A DNA stretch of 24,731 nt, from positions 1 to 24,731 of the IMG/VR virus record IMGVR_UViG_3300030329_001853. One strand, given 5' to 3'. The notes beneath the pieces were generated by a model. That model saw only the letters and a list, made by a program, of their open reading frames with translations, was not told where the DNA came from and did no database searches. This DNA comes from a virus. Its lineage: Duplodnaviria > Caudoviricetes. Shown here one piece after another: positions 1 through 10,200 of this stretch (the stretch's first letter is position 1; every line of letters begins with the position of its first letter). A program made the position numbers and the translations under genes.

Positions 1-38
1 CCAGGCAGATCTATAGTTGGTGCTAGTCTGGTTCCCAC
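1..38 (-). CDS. Possible 5' start of a downstream hypothetical gene (MGTRLAPTIDLP...), running off the window
   Basis: GTG at 38-36 overlaps the end of the 50-aa ORF and the frame stays open to the window edge; only 12 codons are visible. Confidence 0.3.
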   Translation of the reverse strand, partial: MGTRLAPTIDLP

Positions 39-175
39 GTTATGGCACCATCTGGCACTTGATCACGTTGTTGTTGTGTAGACAGACGTAACCAATTCTT
101 TGGATATTTAGTACCTTTTGAATCAGTAAAGGCTTTATCCAGAGGTAAGTTTTTACCTTGATATTTGTATCCCAT
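23..175 (-). CDS. 50-aa tail-fibre-associated hypothetical protein (MGYKYQGKNLPLDKAFTDSKGTKYPKNWLRLSTQQQRDQVPDGAITWEPD)
   Basis: Translated by hand. The ATG overlaps the upstream stop (TAATG). The YPxNWLRLST motif resembles small proteins found after fibre genes in marine podoviruses. Confidence 0.7.
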   Translation of the reverse strand: MGYKYQGKNLPLDKAFTDSKGTKYPKNWLRLSTQQQRDQVPDGAITWEPD

Positions 176-3100
176 TAATGCGCCCTCGCAATTTTAAATG
201 GATGTTCGGCAAACGCTGCGTAAACATAATTACGTCCGCTTCCATTAACGTCATCATCAGTACCACGCCATTTAAACCCATTACTTAATATATCGAGACC
301 ATGAGCTGTGCCTGTATATTGAGCATCAGCAGCATTAGCCTGTAGAGCATTGATGGTTGGGTTTGAACTATCCATTTTTGGACTCCATATCCACCAGCTA
401 TTAGTATTTCCCTCGTCTTTAACCATAAGCCATTCTGGAGAGAAACCTATATTGACCATTGGACCATCAGCATTTCCGTTTCCGATATAAGAACCAAACG
501 CACTAAACCCAGGAATTGCAGTCCAAGCATATGTGATATGAGTATCGGTATTACCAACCCTACTTTCAGTTCCATAGGTTATTAGAGTATTAGTAGGTTC
601 AGTATCATTAAAAGCACTTGTAGTATCACCTGCAGAGTCAGCAGCGTTTAAGCACAGCTGATATTCAGCTCCTAGAGCACTATGATAAGTCATCCAATCT
701 TGACTACCATCAATCCGTTTAGTATTGAAGAAGTCTGGTTTTGTACCTAGACCATGAGCTACGGTTTGACCTGCTCCACCTCCACCTTCCCAGGAAGTTA
801 TGCTGAATCCTGCGGTTGGATTAGTCCATTGTCCATTAACTGTTTGAGAACATGAATCTACAGAGCTATTAGCAGCCGTTCCAGCATCCCAGAACCAACC
901 AACCATAGAGTCGCCTGTATTATTCAAACCTCCTGTATTAGATCCACTAATTGTAAATCCATCGGAAGTTGGAGTAACTACTGCATCACCAAAAGCTGAT
1001 TCGGCATTACCTACATTGGAACGTAACGCATTAGAAGTCCCTCTTATTACATCGTAAAGTACATGACTTATATCACTAGCATTACGACGTTTAAACCATA
1101 AGAAATCTGGTTGGAAGTTTAATCCTGTAAAGGTATTAGTTGTACCATCTCCAGTTCCAGAATAAGTATGAACATCAAAGTACTTACTAGGATCATTTAA
1201 ATTATCACCTGAGAATGTATCAGGAATAACGTTAGTAGACCAACCTGTAAATCCAGAAGGCTTATATTGGAAAGGATGTTGACCAAAATTAACTGTCATA
1301 CCCATTCCTTCTTCATCACTTCCACGGAAAAATAATGGGTACCAAAGTCCTGCTGGTATAGCTGAAGGATTTATATTACCTTGATCTACACCATCCAATG
1401 TAAGAAAGACTTCTCCTCCACTAGTTGTATCATCTGTGAAGTCAACTGCAAAGCCCATTACTTTGCCATATACTTCATTTGTACTAGCATAACTATTGTT
1501 TCCACCATTAGAGCCTGGCCAGAAATTACTCCGCCAAGAACTATTACGTCCTGTAAAGGTATAACAATTAGGTTTCCAAGTAGAATCAGCCTGATTTGGT
1601 GCTAATGAAGTATTGCTATTAGATGAGTAAGGTCTCTTTCCAATACCAAATCCATAAGCTGCTCTTTCATTAGAATCTAATTCAACTTCAAAGTAAAGCT
1701 TAGCTCCAGAAGAAGAATGTACACCTAGCGTTCCAAATACATGTCCATAATGACCGCTATTAGCTCCAGCTCCACTACTTTGAACATGTAAGCTGCCTTC
1801 CTTAAATTGAAAGTCAGGAGCACTAGTTAAAGGATTTAATGTACACCAGTTACCGTGATAATTACCATCAGCGTCTGTGTAGGTAGTTGGTGAATCATTA
1901 GTTACATCTAATTCCTCTCCACCTTGATCTTGTAAAACAACACCATCAATCTCTACTGCATGAAGTCGAACCCATGTATTACCTGATCCTGATGGTCCAA
2001 GTTTTATTGAAGATAAACTACTACCTGCAGTGGAACTAACATCGTTCCAACCATCAGAAGTACTTATAGTTGTATTATTTATTTTTACAAGATTATTTGT
2101 TCCTTGTTTAGTCAGAATTCTAAATGTAGTACCTGATATAGCACTAGGGGGAATCCAATCTGTAGTTTCGGAATTACTACCGCCTTGTTCATATCCATCT
2201 GCAGCTGCTGTTCCTGTCTTCCCATTAAATGCACCTCGTCCACGAGTCCAAGGAGGATTGTTATCATAATGTGTACCTTGCCAGTAACGACTATATACAG
2301 TTCCAGTTACTCCTTGGATGTTATTTACATTCCAATCGTTCCTGGTTGGTGGTGTGAAACTCGAGGTGTACTTACACGCAAGTTGAGCATCGCTACTAGT
2401 TGCAGCATGTTGATATACTCTAAGATCCTGTATATATCCATTCCATTTATATCCTGAATCATATCCCCTATCTCCGATACGAATTGTTCCACCTGTATGT
2501 ATTTGATCAGCAAAACTATGAGTATCGTTTAAAATACCATTAATAAAGAATCTATATACCTCTGTACCTCCATCGTCAAAACCAGTTACGGCAAGATGAG
2601 TCCAAGTATTAAAAGGTAGATCAGTGTTATCACCTAAACCATAATTAGTTCCATTAGATTCACCACTTTTTCTATAGTTAAAAACTAGAGTTTTATTTGC
2701 TGATCCGCCAGTACAAAGACTCCAGCCGTAAGTACCATTAGAATTGCCATAGCAGCCAATAACAGTTTGAGAATAACCAGAGTTATAATTATCAGAAGTC
2801 CAATAAACCCAAGCTTCTATAGTCCAATTATTTTTTAAATCGTGTATATTTTCACTCTGATCAATTTCGATATAAGATGAACCATCAAAAAACGCAGATG
2901 TACCATAGAATCTAGATTGAGCCGTAGAAGTTACAACACCACTATTTGTTATACCTGCTGCACTACCAGAACCTATAATATCCTCAGAATGATCCGTTAG
3001 ATCATTAAAAGGCATGGCAATTTTCAGCTTAGTTTTATGTGCATCTGTGTTATATCCAGACCCTTTTGTCTCTCCATAATCATCAGTAGTTACATGTATA

Positions 3101-4665
3101 GGTTTGGCTTTTGCATCAGCATCAGAAACTTTTGTTCCTCCATTTAGTGAGGATCTACCTAGCCTTGCATTTGTTGACGTATCATTGAACTTGAGGTGGA
3201 ACGAATTATCTACGGAATCTTCTAATAACATATGACCGTCAATTTCAACCGCAAATAGAGCAGTAGTATATGACCCAGACTGAAGTTTAATTGTACTTAA
3301 AGTTCCACTACTTAAATGTGATGAAGCATCGATCCATGCTTCTGAAGTTGGAGCACTTATGTCTGAATCATTAACTAATATTTTTGCATTAGATGCACTA
3401 TCTCTACTATCACGTCTTCCAAAAATCCTAAGCTTGGTAATACCAGTAAGTCCTGAAAATGTAAATGTCCCTGTATTACCTGAGGAAGCACCAGCATAGT
3501 CTCCCGTAAGGCTTCCATTAAAAGCCTTGGCTGCATTTGAAATGTTACCGTCGGCTAGATCACTCCACTTCGTTCCATCATTCGGGTTATTTCTAGTCGT
3601 TGGGTCTGTTTGACCGTCAATTAGGATTACACCGTCCAGCTCTATTGCATAGAGTTTAGAGTAATGAGTTCCTGAATAATTCCAGGTTAAAGTTGATATT
3701 GTTTTACCTCTAGCCTCCTCACTTACATCGCGCCAGCCATTATCATTTACTTGTGGAACTTTAACACTAGTACTATCATCAAAGTTTAAAGTTATCGTGG
3801 CATTACTTTCAGATGCAATCGAAATCCTTAAACTAGTATTTACTTTCATACCCCCAGAAGGAGTCCAAGTAACAGTATCACCATTAGCAGCTGGTGCAAC
3901 TGCTTGTGTCAAATTACCATTAAAAGCATTTGTTATATCACCACTTGAACTACCAGCTACATTAACATATTGTGTATTACCTGTTATCTGACCACTCCAT
4001 GTAGTCCCATCGTTGGGAGCTGGTAAAGCAAAAGTTTTTGGATTCCAAACTCCAGCACTCGAAAACTCCCCAAACGCTGCTGGGGACAGGGCTAATCCAT
4101 CAATAAAGTAATTATCTGCAAGATAAAAATTACTATTGTAAGCAACACCACCAGGATCTCTGCCTCCTATTCGATTTGGTTTACCACTTTCGTTTACTGG
4201 ATAACCAGAAGCATTTTCAGATGGATTATTAGAAGTACCAAGCGAAGTTTCTAGTTCCCCGTTAACATACATTTTAATTCTGTCATTAGCAGTTGCTTTA
4301 GTTGTATCAAAAGCTACTACTACGTGAAACCAAGCTGATGGATCACGAAATACTCTATTTGTTTCTTTATAAAGAGTATTCCATCCTGAAACTCTTAATT
4401 TATCACTGGTTTCTATTTCAATACCTAACCAGCCACCATCACTTGAACCATCTCCACAACTAAATAAGGTTGATCTGTTTCCTATATCCCAACGTTTAAC
4501 CCAAGCTGCCCACGTCCAAGTTCTTCTATTACCGTTAGAACCAAAAGTCCTTAAAAAATTTGCTGAATCTCCTTCACTGAACCTAAGACTCTTCTCAATT
4601 TGATATGCGGTATCAGCCGTCGCCGCTTCCCGAAGGAAGATCGGCGAACCATTTATTACTGACAT
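175..4665 (-). CDS. Large second tail fibre / receptor-binding protein with concanavalin-A/LamG-like and SPRY-like domains (1496 aa)
   Basis: LamG-type motifs (SLRF...RRTWTWAAWVKR, WFHVVVAFDT, WTIEAWVY...WTHLAV...GYIQDLRVY), SPRY-like motifs (KLYFEV...NFGQHPF), C-terminal repeats (FQPDFLWFKRR, KPDFFNTKR, FSPEWLMVK) and G/S/T/N-rich composition. It lies directly after the gp17-like gene. Confidence 0.8.
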   Translation of the reverse strand: MSVINGSPIFLREAATADTAYQIEKSLRFSEGDSANFLRTFGSNGNRRTWTWAAWVKRWDIGNRSTLFSCGDGSSDGGWLGIEIETSDKLRVSGWNTLYKETNRVFRDPSAWFHVVVAFDTTKATANDRIKMYVNGELETSLGTSNNPSENASGYPVNESGKPNRIGGRDPGGVAYNSNFYLADNYFIDGLALSPAAFGEFSSAGVWNPKTFALPAPNDGTTWSGQITGNTQYVNVAGSSSGDITNAFNGNLTQAVAPAANGDTVTWTPSGGMKVNTSLRISIASESNATITLNFDDSTSVKVPQVNDNGWRDVSEEARGKTISTLTWNYSGTHYSKLYAIELDGVILIDGQTDPTTRNNPNDGTKWSDLADGNISNAAKAFNGSLTGDYAGASSGNTGTFTFSGLTGITKLRIFGRRDSRDSASNAKILVNDSDISAPTSEAWIDASSHLSSGTLSTIKLQSGSYTTALFAVEIDGHMLLEDSVDNSFHLKFNDTSTNARLGRSSLNGGTKVSDADAKAKPIHVTTDDYGETKGSGYNTDAHKTKLKIAMPFNDLTDHSEDIIGSGSAAGITNSGVVTSTAQSRFYGTSAFFDGSSYIEIDQSENIHDLKNNWTIEAWVYWTSDNYNSGYSQTVIGCYGNSNGTYGWSLCTGGSANKTLVFNYRKSGESNGTNYGLGDNTDLPFNTWTHLAVTGFDDGGTEVYRFFINGILNDTHSFADQIHTGGTIRIGDRGYDSGYKWNGYIQDLRVYQHAATSSDAQLACKYTSSFTPPTRNDWNVNNIQGVTGTVYSRYWQGTHYDNNPPWTRGRGAFNGKTGTAAADGYEQGGSNSETTDWIPPSAISGTTFRILTKQGTNNLVKINNTTISTSDGWNDVSSTAGSSLSSIKLGPSGSGNTWVRLHAVEIDGVVLQDQGGEELDVTNDSPTTYTDADGNYHGNWCTLNPLTSAPDFQFKEGSLHVQSSGAGANSGHYGHVFGTLGVHSSSGAKLYFEVELDSNERAAYGFGIGKRPYSSNSNTSLAPNQADSTWKPNCYTFTGRNSSWRSNFWPGSNGGNNSYASTNEVYGKVMGFAVDFTDDTTSGGEVFLTLDGVDQGNINPSAIPAGLWYPLFFRGSDEEGMGMTVNFGQHPFQYKPSGFTGWSTNVIPDTFSGDNLNDPSKYFDVHTYSGTGDGTTNTFTGLNFQPDFLWFKRRNASDISHVLYDVIRGTSNALRSNVGNAESAFGDAVVTPTSDGFTISGSNTGGLNNTGDSMVGWFWDAGTAANSSVDSCSQTVNGQWTNPTAGFSITSWEGGGGAGQTVAHGLGTKPDFFNTKRIDGSQDWMTYHSALGAEYQLCLNAADSAGDTTSAFNDTEPTNTLITYGTESRVGNTDTHITYAWTAIPGFSAFGSYIGNGNADGPMVNIGFSPEWLMVKDEGNTNSWWIWSPKMDSSNPTINALQANAADAQYTGTAHGLDILSNGFKWRGTDDDVNGSGRNYVYAAFAEHPFKIARAH
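1927..4017 (-). repeat. Three ~120-130 aa internal repeat modules in the 1496-aa protein (approx. 3613-4017, 3217-3586, 1927-2304)
   Basis: Modules begin PNDGTTWS, PNDGTKWS and GTVYS. Each contains AFNG and a W-x-D-[VA]-S motif, and they end YAIELDGVILID, FAVEIDGHMLLE and HAVEIDGVVLQD. Confidence 0.75.
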
Positions 4666-4674
4666 ATATTTACC

Positions 4675-7227
4675 TCAAGCTGTATTTTTAACGTCTAGCA
4701 TTGCTTCTACTAGTACTTTGTCTTGTGCAAAGACGTAGTAAGCAAGAACACTAGTTGCACTCTGTGTTAAAGAAGCAGCCTTACTTGTACCACCTGCCCA
4801 GTAAACTTCACTTGCCCAAGTAGGAGTAATGGCTCCATTAACAATTTCAATCGTTCCAGATTGACCTATAGCATTTGCAGTATTAGAGAAACCTAATTCA
4901 ACAGCTGCTGAGATTGTTAACTTATGGCAGTTAGTAGCAGTTAAATCGAAGTCATAAGTAGCTCCTGAAGAGTGAGTAGCTGTAGTAACAGTGCTACGTT
5001 GTGCTCCAGACCATTGGTTATCGGCACTTAGTACAGCATCACCTAAAGCTGTTTTACCCTGAAGAAGATTCAGCTCTGTAGTACTTACGGTTGCTCCATC
5101 CAGAATACCAACTTCTGTCGAGTTTAATAGAGCTAAAGCCGCTGCTGAACCACTCTGACAACTAGATAAAGATGTTAAATCAGCATCTAAAGGTTGTGAT
5201 GTAGCAGCTATATATGCTTTAGCTGATTGTTGTGAAGGAGGTTGTGTAGCACTATCAGATGAGAAGTCATCTTCATCAATTAGAGTTAATGATGTATCAG
5301 CTGCCCAATCTAATACTCCACTTCCATTTGTCTTCAGATATTGTCCATTAGACCCATCAGCTGTAGGTAAGGTCCATATAACATTGGTACCTACAGTCGC
5401 AGGAGCTTTAAATCCTACATAGTTAGAGCTATCAGCATCAGCAAATCTAAGTTCTTCCTGAGCATTGATAGTTACATCACCTGTAAACGCACCTCCAGCA
5501 GTAGGCATCTTACTACTATCTGTAGTTGATCCCCAACTCAGAGTTCCACTACCATCTGTAAGTAAGGCTTGGTTTGCGGAGCCATCTGCATTAGGTAGAG
5601 TTAAAGTTACATTTGATGCTATAGACGCAGGTGCTTGTAATGCTATGTAGTTATTACCATTTGCGGTAGCTTCTTCAAACCGAATATCAGCCTGGTTATC
5701 CATGACTAGATCACCAGTCATAGTACTACCACCTGTAGATACTAAGTTTCCAGTAGCTGTTACACCACCTTGCCAAGAACTACCGTTATATACCTGTAGT
5801 TCATTAGAGGTTGTATTGAAATATAAATCGCCTTCATCATTAGAGCTACCAGGAGCACTGCTTGCTACACGATAACGAGCTGAGAAATCGTTAACTGTGC
5901 TCATGTTAGAAGCAACAGTATTAACGTTAGATATGCTTCCGGCAACAGTATTTACATTAGAAATACCATCAGCAACCGTATTCATATTTGATACGTTGTC
6001 TGTTGTACCTAATGTGTTCATGTCAGACACACAATCTGATGTGCCTAGTAGTGCCATATCGGCTACAACATCTGACGTACCCAATAAAGCCATGTCGGCT
6101 ACACAGTCAGTCGTACCTAATAAAGCCATATCAGCTACAGCATCAGCAGTACCAAGACGTCCGATTTCAGTAGCTTTACCAGCAACCGTAGTTACTTCAG
6201 TGGCTTTAGGTGTTTGTCTATGGAATGTATAGGTATGTAATGTAGATGTTGTCTCTACAATCATTCCGAATCCAGCTGCATAGGTAGTGCTGTTTTCTAA
6301 TCCATTAATAGTAATGGTTGCGTTATTAGCTACGTTTCCATTCGCTATTGTTGCGACACCACTTCCGTTGGAGGTGAGAGCACTAGCGAGGGCTTTAATA
6401 CTAATAAGAGTTCCACTGTCATTATTAACGTCAGGATTAGCGTTAGGGAAAGATGTTTCATTGGCTATAGGTACAAAGCCACCAACTTCTTCAACTAAAT
6501 CAACAATCCTGTCATTGATAGCAGCTGTTGTAGCTATGGTGGTGTCATTATCTGGAAAAGTATCTCCATCTTTAATCGTTTCTCCTGTACTGATATTGAA
6601 ATATCTAGCATCAGAAGCTTGAGTACTAAATACAGAAGTGTCGTTTGCTGTATGAGATCCTTGTTCTGAATTAGTTACAAGTAGATCACCATGTAACTTG
6701 GCAGATGTGATAGCACCATCAGCAACACTTGTACTTGTAGTTTGAGTATCTACATAAGCTTTAGTAGCAGCATCTGTATTAGCAGTAGGTGTAGCTAGAT
6801 CAGTAATCTTATTACTATTCATGTCCAAAGGACCATCCAAAGATGGAGCTAAGACATCAAAGTTTCTACCGTATAAATCTTGTAAAGCATTAAGGACTTG
6901 TGTTTGATTATTATCTAAGTCTTGTGCTCTGATTGAACTTCCAGGTTGAAAGTCAGTCTTAGGATTAGTAATATCTGTCTTCCTTAGAATTAAGATATTT
7001 GCTGTTCCTGATGCTGGTACTTGTCCAGTTACAAATTGGATCTTTTTAGTACCACTATTATGGGTGTAGTGGCTAGTTACTGTTTTTAAAACCCATGAGC
7101 CGGATTCTTTGACATATACCAATACGTCATCAGCTTCATAAGGTGTGAACGAATACGTGTACTCGGTGGCCTGTGAACCCGTACCGTTGAATTTTTCAAA
7201 TGTATTTGGGATTGTTTCAACTGTCAT
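4675..7227 (-). CDS. Tail fibre protein, T7 gp17-like (850 aa)
   Basis: T7-type N-terminal anchor (YTYSF...DVLVYV...ILILRKT...FQPGSSIRAQDLDNNQTQVL), fibre motif KITDLATPTANTDAATKAYVD, internal repeats, and position after gp16. Confidence 0.9.
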   Translation of the reverse strand: MTVETIPNTFEKFNGTGSQATEYTYSFTPYEADDVLVYVKESGSWVLKTVTSHYTHNSGTKKIQFVTGQVPASGTANILILRKTDITNPKTDFQPGSSIRAQDLDNNQTQVLNALQDLYGRNFDVLAPSLDGPLDMNSNKITDLATPTANTDAATKAYVDTQTTSTSVADGAITSAKLHGDLLVTNSEQGSHTANDTSVFSTQASDARYFNISTGETIKDGDTFPDNDTTIATTAAINDRIVDLVEEVGGFVPIANETSFPNANPDVNNDSGTLISIKALASALTSNGSGVATIANGNVANNATITINGLENSTTYAAGFGMIVETTSTLHTYTFHRQTPKATEVTTVAGKATEIGRLGTADAVADMALLGTTDCVADMALLGTSDVVADMALLGTSDCVSDMNTLGTTDNVSNMNTVADGISNVNTVAGSISNVNTVASNMSTVNDFSARYRVASSAPGSSNDEGDLYFNTTSNELQVYNGSSWQGGVTATGNLVSTGGSTMTGDLVMDNQADIRFEEATANGNNYIALQAPASIASNVTLTLPNADGSANQALLTDGSGTLSWGSTTDSSKMPTAGGAFTGDVTINAQEELRFADADSSNYVGFKAPATVGTNVIWTLPTADGSNGQYLKTNGSGVLDWAADTSLTLIDEDDFSSDSATQPPSQQSAKAYIAATSQPLDADLTSLSSCQSGSAAALALLNSTEVGILDGATVSTTELNLLQGKTALGDAVLSADNQWSGAQRSTVTTATHSSGATYDFDLTATNCHKLTISAAVELGFSNTANAIGQSGTIEIVNGAITPTWASEVYWAGGTSKAASLTQSATSVLAYYVFAQDKVLVEAMLDVKNTA
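5305..5736 (-). repeat. Tandemly duplicated ~67-aa fibre module
   Basis: GGSTMTGD...IRF...NYIALQAPA...TLTLPNADGSANQALLTDGSGTLSW versus GGAFTGD...LRF...NYVGFKAPA...WTLPTADGSNGQYLKTNGSGVLDW. Confidence 0.8.
5887..6156 (-). repeat. Coding tandem repeats: five 36-nt (12-aa) units followed by three 30-nt (10-aa) units
   Basis: LGTADAVADMAL / LGTTDCVADMAL / LGTSDVVADMAL / LGTSDCVSDMNT / LGTTDNVSNMNT, then VADGISNVNT / VAGSISNVNT / VASNMSTVND. Confidence 0.9.
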
Positions 7228-7229
7228 AA

Positions 7230-10200
7230 TTATCTAGTAGGTAATAGCAGGTCATCGGTGTAACCGGTTTTTCGTCTTTTTTGGGCTTCTATTGATTTCT
7301 TATTTTTTGCTTCCCAATAAAGTCTTTGTACATCAGGGTCAAATCTTATACTTGCCCAACCTTTCTTTCTCCAAAGTTTGAATAAAGCTTTAATACGATC
7401 ATTGTGGTAATAAGCTTTCATTGGATCTATATCGTAATTACCATTCTTCATGTCTTTACGCATTTCATTAATAGATTCGATGATCCTCTTTTCTTTAGAA
7501 AGTTCAACTAACGCATCTTCTAGGCTTTGGCCTCTACTGTTTCTCCAATCTCCGATAGCTTTTTGGAATTTAGATCTAACACCATTCTCATCTTGTAGTT
7601 TTATACCATCTGGAGAAGTATAAGTAGATAATCTTTCATCGAAATTACTATTCTTCAGTAGCCATAAAGCTTCAGAATTTCCTTCTAATATTCTAAATGC
7701 ATAAGCTGCATTAAACATACGACGAAGTGGATTAGCTCCTCCTCTTGGTTTCCCGTTTAGAATGTTATAACTCACAGGAAGAGGATCTCTAGCAATGTGT
7801 TCTGTGATTAAATTGCGATTTCTAATTGCATCCCAGGTGCTTTTACTTAGTTCACGCATATAAGGATTCAATAATTTACCAATATCATTCCTCGCACCTC
7901 CCATTGGGACTTGATCATTTAGCAAACCACCAATAATCCGTCCTTTTGATCCTGGCGTACCTTTAAATAACTCAACAAGATTATTAGCACCTTGCATAAA
8001 GGTTTTACTTGTTGACGCTGCAGCCACACTTAAAGCTATTGCTTGGAATCTTTCTTCAGCCCACTCTGGACCCATCAAATACATATTGTCTCCAACGTCT
8101 GCAATTGATTTCATTAAAATTGAATAAGGTTCAATAGTATCTAAATCAAAACGTTGACCAAATAAGGAGATAGTTCCACGCTCCCAGCCACCGTCTTCCC
8201 ACATTTTTCTTATAGAAGGATCGACAGGACCATTACCAGTTAATCCACCTGTCAAATATTTCTGTACTCCCATATAGGTGATACCCATTCCCATTGCTAA
8301 CCGTCCAAGCCATTTGGATTTTGCATTAGCTAACTCTTGAGCATTAGTGATTCCATATTGAGCTAAGTGTTCAAAATTATCTGGCTTACCAAAATGAACA
8401 CTCCGTGCTTCATCTAAGACTAAGTTCAATAAAGGCATGTTCTTCACATTTACTTTCAGACCGTTGATGCTTGGTCTAATAAACATGAAATGTGGTTTCA
8501 ATAGTGGAATTTGATTAAACAATCTCTCCATAAGAGCAGAGTTTTCACCTAACTCAGTAGTTAAAGTTCCTTCTCTGAATTCAAACTCTAAGAAAGCATC
8601 TTTAGTAACATCTATATCTCCATGCTCATCTAATAATTGATTAAAGAATAAATCTTCAGCTTGCTTAAGTACTTGCTCATTAACTTCAGGTATATCTCCT
8701 CTTGATTGAGCTTCAATAGCAGCAATCATTGCTTTTTCTTTAGCTCTAGCACGTCCCATTATTACGGCATGAGCATCATCACCTGCTTTTAATGTTCTAG
8801 GAGACCATGAAGCAACAACATCATTATTAAGATTGTATCCAATCCGACCTATACGATGTAAGTATTTATCCCAGTCATTACCTCTTTTTTCTAACCAAGC
8901 TTCCTGTATATCCCAGTTGAAATCTGCATGTCTGGTAACTCCATATCTAGATTTAATCTGAGTTATATCACTAGAAAAATAAGAGTTAAGTTTAGAATTA
9001 AACGTATCCCATGCTTCAGGGATTACTTCAAACATCCCTTTCATTTTTGCTAGATTAGCTTTAAGAGTTACGGTATCTCCTGTGAATGGTGCTCTTATAG
9101 TTGCTCCAACTAATGTATTCCATTCAGTTAGGAATTCATTAAATCCAGTACCAATAATAGCCCTTTGTGGTGTTCTAAAACCACTTAAACGACTGTTAAT
9201 CATCACACCTTGAAGCTCTCTAATTATCTGTCCAGTTTTCTTATCACCACCTTTAAACTTACCTCCATAAACTCTTTTTCTCATAAAGTTATCGAAGTCC
9301 ATCCAGTTTTGGATTTTATCAGCCTGTGACCAGACTTCTAATATTCCATTAGCGAGTTCTATAGAGTCACTATCTCTCATCATTTGCATCATCAATTTAA
9401 CACCATCTTGTGTTTCTTGATGTATATCCTGGGTAAAATCCTTAACTGCTCTTTTAGCGGCGTCACCTTTAAGTTTACTGAATTCTGTAGAGATCAAATA
9501 TCTAGATCTTTTTACATTTGTTAGACCAACAACTAGACGATCTGCAATAGTTTTCATTGGACCATCTACCGCAAATATATCTGCAAAATCACTAATCTCT
9601 CTAGCACCTAATGAAAGGTCTCTTAGTTGTTTAAATAAAGCGCTATTAACTAAGTCAGCAACAATGACATGCTCCATAGACCAAGCCTCGAAGTTTTCAG
9701 TTGTTGTACCGTCACCAGTTTGGAATTTCTTTTGATTCTCAATGATTGACCAGAATTCATCAGTATCCATTGATGCTATATCGCGTCCCATTATTTCCTG
9801 GTAACGCTTATAAGCAGGTTCAAATGTGTCTCTAAAAGTTGATTTATTCTTTTCTACATCGTGAAGCATCTGTTGGAACCTGGCATCACCCATTAATTCC
9901 TTTGCTTTTTCCTGTAAGAACTCAATAGTTAAACCACTTTCTGTAGCCATACGTTCAGCTTGAGCTGCGGTCATAGGAGAATCCGTAGATCCATGATCAT
10001 GAGCATCCCATTCCGCATCAATACGGTTTAAGTCGTTATGTATGTCTAATGGCTTACCTGTTGAATTAGGTGAACCTTGCTGAATGTCAGCTATTGGTTT
10101 GTTCTTATGTCCTCTGAATACTGAAGGAGGTGTGGTAGGTAAGTCTGGTGTATCTGTAGGAGTAGTCGTTGTTAGATCACCACCTTTAGTACCTTTAGGA

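Noticed and set aside
175-700. Diversity-generating retroelement target at the fibre C-terminus
   Set aside because: No reverse transcriptase and no template/variable repeat pair were seen in the window.
5887-6156. 36-nt periodic repeats as a possible CRISPR array
   Set aside because: The units are contiguous, in-frame and degenerate at synonymous sites, with no unique spacers.
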